A stretch of DNA of 64,000 nucleotides from Escherichia phage VEc33: the sequence record NC_048818.1; one strand, written 5' to 3'. Of this stretch, positions 29,819 through 37,944 are shown piece by piece. Within the stretch, counting starts at the first letter, position 1, and each line of letters starts with the position of its first letter. Below the pieces are notes generated by a model that saw only the letters and a list, made by a program, of their open reading frames with translations, had not been told where the DNA came from and searched no databases. Made by a program: the position numbers and the translations under genes.

Positions 29819-29893
29819 TGGTGCTCCCACCAGGAATCGAACCCGGTTCAGATGCTTACAAGGCAACTGCATCGCCAGCAATGCTTTAGGAGC
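29819..29893 (-). tRNA. tRNA-Thr (anticodon TGT)
   Basis: T-arm CCGGG-TTCGATT-CCTGG; anticodon loop CTTGTAA; one mismatch in anticodon stem. Confidence 0.5.
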
Positions 29894-30060
29894 GATAATC
29901 CCATTATTTCAATGGGATTTCTTTTTCAAATACAGGGGATTTATCTGACATTACTGTCATTGCCAACTGCTGAAGAAACTCGAAAGTTAGCTTTAAACGT
30001 TCTTCGCCTAATTCAATCTCAACGTATTTCTTTTGTTTGTCAACCTTTAATTTTAGGTTA

Positions 30061-30282
30061 TCAGCCATCTTCGGATTCTCGTTGCTTGGCTACTGCTAGC
30101 CAGTCTGGTAAAAGAAACTTAGTACGAAACTCTTCATACGTTTCTTCTGGGTAAAAGCTAAAACCTCCTTTCTCATCATTCAAGATAACAGAGCCGTCAG
30201 TTTGTTCATAAGCTCGGTATGTTTCCCCAATAATGATAACTCGTTTATCGGTACTTTTATTACGAAACTCAAAAACGTGCAT
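30061..30282 (-). CDS. hypothetical small protein (73 aa)
   Basis: ORF. Confidence 0.4.
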   Translation of the reverse strand: MHVFEFRNKSTDKRVIIIGETYRAYEQTDGSVILNDEKGGFSFYPEETYEEFRTKFLLPDWLAVAKQRESEDG

Positions 30283-30298
30283 AATGTTTCCTTAAAGT

Positions 30299-30374
30299 TG
30301 GAGCGGCTAGAGGGAATCGAACCCTACTCAGCGAGGCTTGGAAGGCCTGCGACACAACCCGTGTGCTTAACCGC
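30299..30374 (-). tRNA. tRNA-Gly (anticodon TCC)
   Basis: Anticodon loop CTTCCAA; discriminator U; T-arm GGG-TTCGATT-CCC. Confidence 0.55.
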
Positions 30375-30382
30375 TTATTATT

Positions 30383-30458
30383 TGGCTGGAGAAGGAGGAA
30401 TCGAACCTACCATTAACGGGGTCAAAGTCCGTTGTGCTAACCGTTACACTACTCTCCA
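30383..30458 (-). tRNA. tRNA-Gln (anticodon TTG)
   Basis: Anticodon loop CTTTGAC; U1-A72; discriminator G. Confidence 0.55.
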
Positions 30459-30464
30459 ATTGTT

Positions 30465-30540
30465 TGGCTGGAGTGCCTGGGATCGAACCAGGAACCTTCG
30501 GAGTCAGAGGCCGACGATCTGCCAATTGATCTACACTCCA
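30465..30540 (-). tRNA. tRNA-Gln (anticodon CTG)
   Basis: Anticodon loop CTCTGAC; T-arm CCTGG-TTCGATC-CCAGG; discriminator G. Confidence 0.55.
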
Positions 30541-30548
30541 ATAATTCT

Positions 30549-30749
30549 TTACTCTACAGGAACCGTAGCTATTGGTTCTGGTTCTTCTAGACGTTTGCCT
30601 TCATGATCTACACGAATAACTCCGCATCCCTCGCAAAGCACAACAGCACCGTAACCTTCTTTAACTTCGGCTTCTGTAATCAAACCAGAAAGATCACCAG
30701 TATCTTTACCCCACATATCAATGGAGCATTGTTTGCAGAAATCAGCCAT
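30549..30749 (-). CDS. Cys-rich zinc-ribbon-like small protein (66 aa)
   Basis: CKQC ... CEGC pairs. Confidence 0.4.
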   Translation of the reverse strand: MADFCKQCSIDMWGKDTGDLSGLITEAEVKEGYGAVVLCEGCGVIRVDHEGKRLEEPEPIATVPVE

Positions 30750-30774
30750 ATTTTATTTCCTATTTAAGTTAATT

Positions 30775-30851
30775 TGGGGTGGCTAGTGGAATTCGAATCC
30801 ACATAGGCCTGATTCACAAGCAGGATCATTAACCAATTATGATATAGCCAC
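30775..30851 (-). tRNA. tRNA-His (anticodon GTG)
   Basis: Anticodon loop TTGTGAA; discriminator C as expected for His; T-arm GTGGA-TTCGAAT-TCCAC. Confidence 0.6.
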
Positions 30852-31405
30852 AATTGAAAACTCGCAGGGTTAGCGAAACCTTCCTCAATTAGCATGTTCT
30901 AGAATACTAATCAAGTTATCTCCTATTGCATGCAGCTCAAGACGAGTACGAATTTTCAATTGTGGCGGCTCTCAGAAACTCTTCTATTCTAGCCTCAGAA
31001 GCTTACCCCCGAACGCATGTCGGGAAAGTCTTTCCAGGAGCATCAAATAGCACCGTTACACTTTGAGCCATTGATGTATCAAGGAATAGAAGGGCTTGAA
31101 CCTTCACGAGATAGACCATTTATCTCAACCGCTTTTAAGGTATATTTCTAGGAGTGGATGTTCCTAGTAAACCTATTCGGCAGTCCCGTCTACCAATTCC
31201 GGCATATTCCAAGAATTTTTTATAAACCAGCAGAAGCCTCATTTAAAGCATCAATAATAGCTTCACGCTGGGTCATTCCATACCCGGTGGAGTCTAGGTG
31301 AGGCAAATAGGCTTCCCATCCATTATCTGTTTCATGAAGGCATGCTTTAAATTTTTTACCGTCCTTCATTGTTACAGTAACTGTTTTGCTCATAAGGATT
31401 CCTTA

Positions 31406-31495
31406 TATTTAATTGGAGGAAGGTAATGGAGTCGAACCATCACCGTATCACTACAGCGGGCTAGTTTTCAAGACTAGTTGCGTACCACTACGCCC
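31406..31495 (-). tRNA. tRNA-Ser (anticodon TGA), class II
   Basis: 90 nt with long variable arm; anticodon stem CTAGT/ACTAG, loop CTTGAAA. Confidence 0.6.
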
Positions 31496-31502
31496 TACCT
31501 TC

Positions 31503-31593
31503 CATTTGTTTGGCGGAAGAGGAGAGATTTGAACTCTCAAGCCGTTTTACCAGTCAGCCACTTTCCAAGCGGTTTTCGTCGCCAATTCGATTT
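31503..31593 (-). tRNA. tRNA-Ser (anticodon GGA), class II, tentative
   Basis: 91 nt; ...CTCTTCC-G-CCA 3' end; anticodon loop TTGGAAA resembles E. coli Ser(GGA). Confidence 0.45.
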
Positions 31594-31705
31594 GCTCTTC
31601 CAATAATAAGATGATGCCTCTATCACACCAGGCAGTTACGCCTCGCTGGGATTCGAACCCATTAAAACAGCTCAACCGAGATAGTAGGTTTAATTTACTC
31701 TGACC

Positions 31706-31782
31706 ATCAAATTTGGTGCGTGACAAGGGATTCGAACCCTCAAAACCCGACTTCTAAGGACGGTATGTATGCCAATTCCATC
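31706..31782 (-). tRNA. tRNA with anticodon TAG (Leu-type anticodon on a short class-I body)
   Basis: Acceptor GCGTGAT/GTCACGC, discriminator A, T-arm GAGGG-TTCGAAT-CCCTT; anticodon loop CTTAGAA; one U-U in the anticodon stem. Confidence 0.45.
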
Positions 31783-31787
31783 AATCA

Positions 31788-31866
31788 CGCATATTTGGTG
31801 GAGAATAACGGAATCGAACCGTTCTGATGTCCTCGGTGCAAGCGAGGTGTCCACTCCATGCAGACC
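31788..31866 (-). tRNA. tRNA-Ala (anticodon TGC)
   Basis: Anticodon stem CCTCG/CGAGG, loop CTTGCAC; G3-U70 wobble in acceptor; discriminator A. Confidence 0.6.
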
Positions 31867-32247
31867 CATTCCCCAAATTCTTTAGTTTACTAAGGCTATT
31901 AGCTCGGCGTAACTACAGCACCTTCGCTTCGAGCGGAAGGAACTGCGTCATCTCGCAAACCCAATACACTACTCAGTTGCCGCTGAATCTAGTGGACTAA
32001 TCTAGAACCTCTCCCAAATCGTAGGGATCGTGCTTTTTGGCAGCCAGTCCTAGGTCGAGCTAATACCTTAGTGAACTAAGATGAGGATTTCTCCTCATCA
32101 ATTTATATAAATATTATAACAAGAAATTAAGCATTAAGCAACTGCGTTTTTGAAATTTCTTGGACTTGGTACTCGGTGATAGAATCTAACTATCGCTACC
32201 GCCGTGTAAAGACGGGGTTCTCTCATTAAACTAACCGAGCAAAAATT

Positions 32248-32325
32248 TGGTGGATTGCCTGGGATTCGAACCCAGAACTGACGGATTAAAGGTCCGCTAC
32301 TCTTATCCAGTTGAGCTAGCAATCC
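32248..32325 (-). tRNA. tRNA-Lys (anticodon TTT)
   Basis: Anticodon loop CCTTTAA; D stem GCTC/GAGT; discriminator A. Confidence 0.6.
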
Positions 32326-32789
32326 AAATTCTCTACTAATAGTTTAAAAGCGTCTAACAGAGGTACTTCAAACCATTCTCCTGATACTTTGTAGTCTTTC
32401 AGAAGATTATGTAATGCTTTTTCAGTTCTTCTCTTGTCCGAGGAGAATCTAAAATGGTATAACTTGTAATCACGATAGGGCGAATATGTTTGATAACTAG
32501 ACAGTCTTTCATTTACGTCTACTGTCATACCTATCTTATAGAGTCCAGGCCACGCTGGGTTACCTATTACATATACAAACCCTTCTGTTATAGGGATTTT
32601 ATGCTCCCTTTTATACTTCAGTAAGTTTAACGCTGCCATTCTATAACAGAACTTAAACTCTGAGGATTTTAGTTTACCTTCTTTACCGGATATTTCGTTA
32701 TACTTCTCCATATACCTACGTATTAAGGAGTCAGTAATAGTAAAGTGCTTTGGAAGATCCAGGGCTTGAAGTACACGGTTAATAAGCAT
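32316..32789 (-). CDS. T5orf172-domain (GIY-YIG-like) endonuclease (157 aa)
   Basis: GFVYVIGNPAWPGLYKIGMT ... YKVSGEWF core; paralog of 34543..35061. Confidence 0.65.
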   Translation of the reverse strand: MLINRVLQALDLPKHFTITDSLIRRYMEKYNEISGKEGKLKSSEFKFCYRMAALNLLKYKREHKIPITEGFVYVIGNPAWPGLYKIGMTVDVNERLSSYQTYSPYRDYKLYHFRFSSDKRRTEKALHNLLKDYKVSGEWFEVPLLDAFKLLVENLDC

Positions 32790-32963
32790 AAACTTCCTTA
32801 ATAGAATGGACTTTTAAGTAAGAATGATTAATCCCAAACTCCGCCATTACTTCTTTTTCATCTTTTCCATAATGTGCAAGTAAGGATCTTGAGGTATTAT
32901 TACCTAAACGTTTGTCGCTTACTACTAATCGAAATACTTTCATTTCGAAATCCTCTATTAAAA

Positions 32964-33041
32964 TGGAAGCGGGTGCAGGAATCGAACCTACCTCTTTCTA
33001 GCTTATGAGACTAGCGATCTCTACCAGAGATCTAACCCGCA
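32964..33041 (-). tRNA. tRNA-Met/Ile2 (anticodon CAT)
   Basis: Anticodon stem CTAGT/GCTAG, loop CTCATAA; D stem GATC/GATC. Confidence 0.5.
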
Positions 33042-33047
33042 ATTGTT

Positions 33048-33125
33048 TGGTCTCCGTGGGAGGATTTGAACCCCCGACCCTATCGCCCCAAACGAAACGC
33101 TCTGGCCAAACTGAGCTACACGGAG
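33048..33125 (-). tRNA. tRNA-Pro (anticodon TGG)
   Basis: Anticodon loop TTTGGGG; D stem GCTC/GAGC; discriminator A. Confidence 0.55.
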
Positions 33126-33498
33126 AATATTATCTTTTTAACCACAGTAAAGATAAGCCTAGCATAGTGAATCCAGTACCTAATCCAATACATTTCTCTA
33201 TAAGAGTAAATGTATCTATGTTGAATGCTGTTATAACAATTGGGATACACCACAATAGCATAAAGACTTCGGCTATCTTATACTTCATTTAGCTTTCCTT
33301 CTCTTCACTTTATAAGATATATTATACAGAGAATTAAGTAAAATAGCAAATGAATTTTTAATAAATTTACTTATTGTGTAGGCCACCTGGAGGCTACCAA
33401 CCCCACGGCTGACAAAGAAGTTTGCGAGACCTCTCTTAAAAGCCAGAATAGACCCGCCGGTCTATCGGAACCTACATAATAAGTAAACTTTATAGTGT

Positions 33499-33619
33499 CA
33501 TTCTAGGCAGGATTCGAACCTGCTATCACTTGTGCGGACTTACGAGAACCATTCTTTCACTCGAATCGAACGAGCTTCTGCCCTAGCCAAGCTGGTTTCC
33601 CCATCAACCACGCTAGAAT
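33499..33619 (-). ncRNA. tRNA-like element with an approximately 45-nt insertion (unresolved)
   Basis: Acceptor-like ATTCTAG/CTAGAAT flanking a perfect T-arm GCAGG-TTCGAAT-CCTGC and D-arm TGGT...ACCA, but about 121 nt long with a second T-arm-like hairpin. Confidence 0.25.
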
Positions 33620-33741
33620 GTTAGATTGTTTTCAGTGCAAGAGTCCGAGTCTTGGACACGACCGCTTCGCAAGTACATAGGCAGCTTATCATGAGTCAGC
33701 ACTTCCGAATTGCTAGCTCCGTGTTCTGCACTGAAATTTTA

Positions 33742-34089
33742 TTAGTTTAACCGTAAAGTATTATCTACTTCACCATTAATTGTTCGGCATTCCTCTGGGA
33801 ATGCCGGGGTGGCTTTGTATTCCCACCACTCAGCACCATCATATTCCCCACGTTCTAGCCAAGTTCCATCGGCAAACCATACATTACCATAAAGTAATTG
33901 TCCACCGTATCCAGAATCATATTCAAAGTCTAGGTTATTAAGAAAATCCTCAATATCTTCTTCTGTATAACCTAAAGGTAATACCCAAACTTTTTTATCC
34001 CCATAATACCCAAATTCTATTTTAATACACTTAACTTCAGAATTAGTATTTTTTAAGGCAAGTAACAACTCTTCTTTGGCATTACGCAT
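33742..34089 (-). CDS. hypothetical protein (115 aa)
   Basis: ORF; Trp/Tyr/Gly-rich. Confidence 0.45.
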   Translation of the reverse strand: MRNAKEELLLALKNTNSEVKCIKIEFGYYGDKKVWVLPLGYTEEDIEDFLNNLDFEYDSGYGGQLLYGNVWFADGTWLERGEYDGAEWWEYKATPAFPEECRTINGEVDNTLRLN

Positions 34090-34114
34090 AGTATATTCTC
34101 ATACTGAATTAATT

Positions 34115-34191
34115 TGGCGCGACCGATGGGATTTGAACCCACATTCTCTCCCGTGACAGGGGAGTACCATTACCAAGCCAGCCCCGGTCGC
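34115..34191 (-). tRNA. tRNA-Asp (anticodon GTC)
   Basis: Anticodon stem CTCCC/GGGAG, loop CTGTCAC; discriminator G. Confidence 0.6.
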
Positions 34192-34200
34192 ATAATTTAT

Positions 34201-34386
34201 TTACTCAGCTTTGAGTTTTTCAATAGCTGCATTAAGTTCTTTAAGAAACTCTTTTCGTACATTAAGACGATTGAGACTTACTAGTATATCATGTTTAAGT
34301 TCTTCGATATATTTCTTCTCAACTTCAATATTGTTGATAGTGCTATCACGATGAACTTCTAGCTGCGCAATCACATTCTTGGACAT
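34201..34386 (-). CDS. hypothetical small protein (61 aa)
   Basis: ORF. Confidence 0.35.
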   Translation of the reverse strand: MSKNVIAQLEVHRDSTINNIEVEKKYIEELKHDILVSLNRLNVRKEFLKELNAAIEKLKAE

Positions 34387-34488
34387 ACTTATTTCCTCAG
34401 TTATTAATGAAAATGGTATCTGTGGCTGAATTCGATGTCAGCAATGATAGCTGGTTGGCTACCGGTTTACTTAACTCTACACAGAATT

Positions 34489-34566
34489 TGGCGGTTCCTG
34501 CTGGATTCGAACCAGCAACCCTCAACTTAACAAGATGCCGCTCTAACCAATTAGAGCTAAGGAACC
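34489..34566 (-). tRNA. tRNA-Asn (anticodon GTT), tentative
   Basis: Acceptor GGTTCCT/AGGAACC, T-arm GCTGG-TTCGAAT-CCAGC, loop TTGTTAA; anticodon stem poorly paired. Confidence 0.4.
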
Positions 34567-35061
34567 ATATAAGTCAGAACTAGAGTTAATACGTTCTAGA
34601 TATTTACTAAGATCTCTAGAATTTATACTAAACCACTCATGCTCTTTTAAATCTTTGAAATACCGGTGAATTAGTTTTTCACCTTTTCGTTTGTCAAACC
34701 AAAAAGACCAGTGCTCTAACTTATAATCCCTATAAGGGGAATAAGTCTGATATTGAGCTAATCTCTCTTTTGGATTTTGACTCATACCTATTTTATACTG
34801 ATTTTTCCATGCAGGATTACTAATACAGTATACAAAACCTTCAGAAATAGGAAGTTTATTTTCCTGCTTAAACTTTATAAAGGAAAGTGCAGCAAGTTTT
34901 CTCGAATACATAGTATTCGTATTCTTTTTGGTATTACCATTGGTTCCTGAAAGATTTATATATTCTTCCATAAATCTTTGGATTAGTTCTGCGGTTATAT
35001 AGAAGGGCTCATTAGTAACAACGCCTTTCTTTACCAAACTATCAAAAACTTTTGTATGCAC
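34543..35061 (-). CDS. T5orf172-domain (GIY-YIG-like) endonuclease (172 aa)
   Basis: GFVYCISNPAWKNQYKIGMS ... EHEWF core; 172 aa, the namesake size of the T5orf172 domain; 3' end overlaps the tRNA. Confidence 0.65.
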   Translation of the reverse strand: MHTKVFDSLVKKGVVTNEPFYITAELIQRFMEEYINLSGTNGNTKKNTNTMYSRKLAALSFIKFKQENKLPISEGFVYCISNPAWKNQYKIGMSQNPKERLAQYQTYSPYRDYKLEHWSFWFDKRKGEKLIHRYFKDLKEHEWFSINSRDLSKYLERINSSSDLYGSLALIG

Positions 35062-35082
35062 TACTTCTTTCCTTTAGCAAAT

Positions 35083-35158
35083 TGGACGACCGCATGAGAT
35101 TTGAACTCACATAAAAAGGATTTGCAATCCTTCGCCTAAGCCATTCAGCCAACGGTCG
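35083..35158 (-). tRNA. tRNA-Cys (anticodon GCA)
   Basis: Anticodon stem AAGGA/TCCTT, loop TTGCAAA; discriminator U. Confidence 0.6.
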
Positions 35159-35235
35159 GTTTATCTTGTTCTGTCATGTTGCTTCTCCAGTTCAATTTAT
35201 GTAATTATTATACAGAACTTTTGGAAACTAAGCAA

Positions 35236-35514
35236 CTACATTTTTAAGAATTTGATGCCTTTCTTTTTCTTCTTATATTTCCACGTTAATGGATTCTGCC
35301 GATTGTGAACGCTTGAGATCTTCGTCTCGTCAAAGTTCTTCAATATCATGTAATCACAAGATAATTGTTCTAATGGAATGTGATCACCGTCAAAAGCATA
35401 TACATAAGGTTGTTGACTAGCACGATAATGATAGACTTTGTTAATTCTACGTTTTAGCGACTTATCAGCGCAGTAAATAAAGAAGTTTTCAGGATGCATC
35501 AGCATCTCCTTCAA
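35236..35514 (-). CDS. hypothetical protein (92 aa)
   Basis: ORF. Confidence 0.4.
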   Translation of the reverse strand: MKEMLMHPENFFIYCADKSLKRRINKVYHYRASQQPYVYAFDGDHIPLEQLSCDYMILKNFDETKISSVHNRQNPLTWKYKKKKKGIKFLKM

Positions 35515-35516
35515 TT

Positions 35517-35591
35517 TGGTGCACCCTGTTCGTATCGAACGAACCTCTCAAGCTCTTCAGGCAAGCGCTAATCCATCTCAGCTAAAGGTGC
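35517..35591 (-). tRNA. tRNA-Phe (anticodon GAA), tentative
   Basis: T-arm GTTCG-TTCGATA-CGAAC; anticodon loop CTGAAGA; weak anticodon stem. Confidence 0.45.
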
Positions 35592-35597
35592 AAATTT

Positions 35598-35674
35598 TGG
35601 CAAACCTACTAGGACTCGAACCTAGACCGTACGGTTTTAGAGACCGACATGCTGTCCAGTAACACTCTAGGAAT
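35598..35674 (-). tRNA. Trp-like tRNA with anticodon CTA (reads UAG), candidate amber suppressor
   Basis: T-arm CTAGG-TTCGAGT-CCTAG and discriminator G as in E. coli tRNA-Trp; anticodon arm TCGGT-CTCTAAA-ACCGT differs from the Trp loop CTCCAAA by one base; acceptor stem has two U-U mismatches. Confidence 0.4.
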
Positions 35675-35682
35675 GCAGAAAT

Positions 35683-35759
35683 TGGCGTCCTGTGCGGGGA
35701 TCGAACCCGCAAATCCTACCTTGAAAGGGTAGTGACTTTACCAGTTTGTCTAACAGGAC
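35683..35759 (-). tRNA. tRNA-Glu (anticodon TTC)
   Basis: Acceptor GTCCTGT/ACAGGAC perfect; anticodon stem CTACC/GGTAG, loop CTTTCAA. Confidence 0.65.
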
Positions 35760-35766
35760 TTAAATT

Positions 35767-35857
35767 TGGTGTTGGATGATGGAGTCGAACCACCCGAGAC
35801 CCTTCCGAGTCGGCAGATTTACAGTCTGCTTCGCTACCTCTACGATACTAATCCAAC
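35767..35857 (-). tRNA. tRNA-Tyr (anticodon GTA), class II
   Basis: 91 nt; acceptor GTTGGAT/ATCCAAC; anticodon stem GCAGA/TCTGC, loop CTGTAAA. Confidence 0.6.
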
Positions 35858-35985
35858 ATATTTAAAAGTATTCAAATACTAGTTTAAACACTTTTAAATA
35901 TGTTTCCGAATTAGATAACTATTATATCAAGTTTTAAGGCACTGAGCAAGTCAAATTTTAAAGAACTTGCTCAGTGCTGTATTAG

Positions 35986-36261
35986 TTAGTCGAACTTAGG
36001 AGTGACAGTTAAGGAGAACGGAAGTTCGAAAACTTCTTCGCCCTCATTACTAACGGTAACTACACGACCTTTAAGTTCAGACATTAAAATATCAATATCA
36101 GCTTTTGCATCTGGAGCCATGCCAGCTTCAATACATTTAGCTTTAACTTCCGGTAAAAGCTCTACGTTATAGAGATAGAGCCACTCAATCTCACCTTCCC
36201 AGTCTTCCCAGGATTTGCAGATTGCACTTTCAATACCAGTTGCTACAACACGATTTTGCAT
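35986..36261 (-). CDS. hypothetical acidic protein (91 aa)
   Basis: ORF with promoter motif upstream. Confidence 0.45.
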   Translation of the reverse strand: MQNRVVATGIESAICKSWEDWEGEIEWLYLYNVELLPEVKAKCIEAGMAPDAKADIDILMSELKGRVVTVSNEGEEVFELPFSLTVTPKFD

Positions 36262-36351
36262 TAATTAACTCCTCCATCAATTTATATAATTATTATATCA
36301 GAAATTTAAGGCAAAAGGCAAGTACATTTTTAAAAATTCTGTTTGGAGGAG

Positions 36352-36558
36352 CTAAACTCCAGATTCTTCAGCTAAGTCTAGGCTAATAAGAGTTATAGCC
36401 ATAATTGCTGCACCGTGTTCTTTTTCTCCGGTGTTTTTAGCAGAGTCTATAATAGTCTTAATCTGTTCGTAATAGCCCTTTACTTCTTGTTCAATACCTG
36501 CCTCGGCTATCATGCCTTTAGTCATGATTCGTTGCATAGTAATTTCACGGTTAGCCAT
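36352..36558 (-). CDS. hypothetical small protein (68 aa)
   Basis: ORF. Confidence 0.35.
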   Translation of the reverse strand: MANREITMQRIMTKGMIAEAGIEQEVKGYYEQIKTIIDSAKNTGEKEHGAAIMAITLISLDLAEESGV

Positions 36559-36733
36559 GATGTTTCTCCAATTTCATCTTTAATAGTCTACAAATAAAAT
36601 CAATGTCTTCATCCGTGCCTAGATCTCTATCTTCAAGAGTTGCCTTGAAGTTTTTAGTCAATTCCATGAGGATAACTTCTCTAGAACGACGTGTTGGCGG
36701 AGGTGGATGTCTATACATCTTATTTCCTTAATT

Positions 36734-36810
36734 TGGTAGGGGTGGTGGGATTCGAACCCACAAAACCTGAATTTTAAGTCCAGTACCTATGCCAATTCGA
36801 TTACACCCCC
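36734..36810 (-). tRNA. tRNA with anticodon TAA (Leu-type anticodon on a class-I body)
   Basis: T-arm GTGGG-TTCGAAT-CCCAC; anticodon stem CTGGA/TTCAG, loop CTTAAAA; discriminator A; 5-nt variable loop. Confidence 0.5.
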
Positions 36811-36817
36811 GTGTAGT

Positions 36818-37006
36818 TTAGTCAATTACTTTTGAGGCTTCAAGGTAGTCGATATAGTGTATGTTTTCTACCGTAATCATATAATCTGCCACTTTATCCA
36901 TAGCTTGGGCTTCAGAGGTAGCTCTGGCTAACCTATATCCTTTTTTATATTCATCCTGGTATTCTCTATCTTGGATAAACACAACATAAACTATATATAG
37001 ATCCAT
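36818..37006 (-). CDS. hypothetical small protein (62 aa)
   Basis: ORF. Confidence 0.35.
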   Translation of the reverse strand: MDLYIVYVVFIQDREYQDEYKKGYRLARATSEAQAMDKVADYMITVENIHYIDYLEASKVID

Positions 37007-37025
37007 TTGTTACCTCTATTTAATT

Positions 37026-37103
37026 TGGTGGCTCCCCGAGGATTCGAACCTACGTACCTTCCGGTTATGAGCCGGGTGCTCATACCATATGAGCTTGAGA
37101 ACC
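37026..37103 (-). tRNA. tRNA-Met/fMet (anticodon CAT)
   Basis: Anticodon loop CTCATAA with a G-C-rich stem; third CAT tRNA in the cluster. Confidence 0.45.
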
Positions 37104-37109
37104 AAAATC

Positions 37110-37198
37110 TGGCGGAAGAAGTGGGAATCGAATCCACAAGGCTATATTTCAAACCGACAGATTAGCAATCTGCTGCAATACCGTTATGCTATTCTTCC
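37110..37198 (-). tRNA. tRNA-Ser (anticodon GCT), class II
   Basis: 89 nt; acceptor GGAAGAA/TTCTTCC; anticodon stem GCAGA/TCTGT, loop TTGCTAA; discriminator G. Confidence 0.55.
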
Positions 37199-37219
37199 GA
37201 ATTTATAAGATATATTATA

Positions 37220-37738
37220 TTAGAAATTTAGCTTCATAGCAAGAAAATTTTTCAAGTTTTCGGTAGACATCTCATCTACGTCTACAGGAGAAACAAAGCC
37301 GTTTAATTTTCTAGCAAATTTTTCACCCGCAGGATCATTATCCCCGACAGCTACCAATTTAAAAGGTAATAATTTCAGTTGCTTTAATAACGCTTTTCCT
37401 GGAGAAGAACCCAACATTGCTAGGGCTGGATAACCAGCGTTATGTAACGCAACTGCCTTAAATACAGATTCAGCGATCAATACTACTTTTTCATCTCCAT
37501 TGAGAGTTTCTAGTCCCCATACACACTGGGTAGTAGAATAAGTAAAGTATTTAGCTTCAAAAGGGCACTTACCATGACCTTTTGGAGCAGAAGGATTATA
37601 AGTTTGGTAGCCCCTCAACATCCCAGAGAAATCATATAACGGGACTGTTAGCCATCCTTCCGGACTTAACCAGCAATGATATTTTTCTGTATCAAATCCT
37701 CTAGATAAGAGGTGCTGTGTTAGCTCATCAACATTCAT
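37220..37738 (-). CDS. Toprim-domain-like protein (172 aa)
   Basis: VVLIAESVFKAV ... LVAVGDNDPAGEKFA resembles the Toprim E...DxD signature. Confidence 0.45.
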   Translation of the reverse strand: MNVDELTQHLLSRGFDTEKYHCWLSPEGWLTVPLYDFSGMLRGYQTYNPSAPKGHGKCPFEAKYFTYSTTQCVWGLETLNGDEKVVLIAESVFKAVALHNAGYPALAMLGSSPGKALLKQLKLLPFKLVAVGDNDPAGEKFARKLNGFVSPVDVDEMSTENLKNFLAMKLNF

Positions 37739-37915
37739 ACCTGGTTCCTCTCTCTCAAATTTATAGATATATTATACAGAGAATTTAGCATTCAAGCAAT
37801 CAAATTTTTTAACTTTTTAGAGGAAAATCATAGGGCACTTAAGGGTAGCAGATAAGTGGTGAGGACCAAAATTTGTGACCCCACTAAAAATCCGGGGGCA
37901 ATTTTTAAAGACCCC

Positions 37916-37944
37916 TTGACATTTTCGCTGGGGTAGTGTAAAGT
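37916..37944 (+). promoter_or_regulatory. sigma70-type promoter (TTGACA-N17-TAAAGT) for the rightward three-gene module
   Basis: Consensus -35 TTGACA at 37916-37921. Confidence 0.5.

Noticed and set aside
32134-32322. Minus-strand ORF of 62 aa overlapping the tRNA-Lys gene
   Set aside because: It is fully contained in tRNA-Lys plus promoter sequence; no RBS.
33005-33292. Plus-strand ORF of 95 aa overlapping two tRNA genes
   Set aside because: It reads antisense through the tRNA-Met and tRNA-Pro genes, has no RBS and has low-complexity translation; likely spurious.
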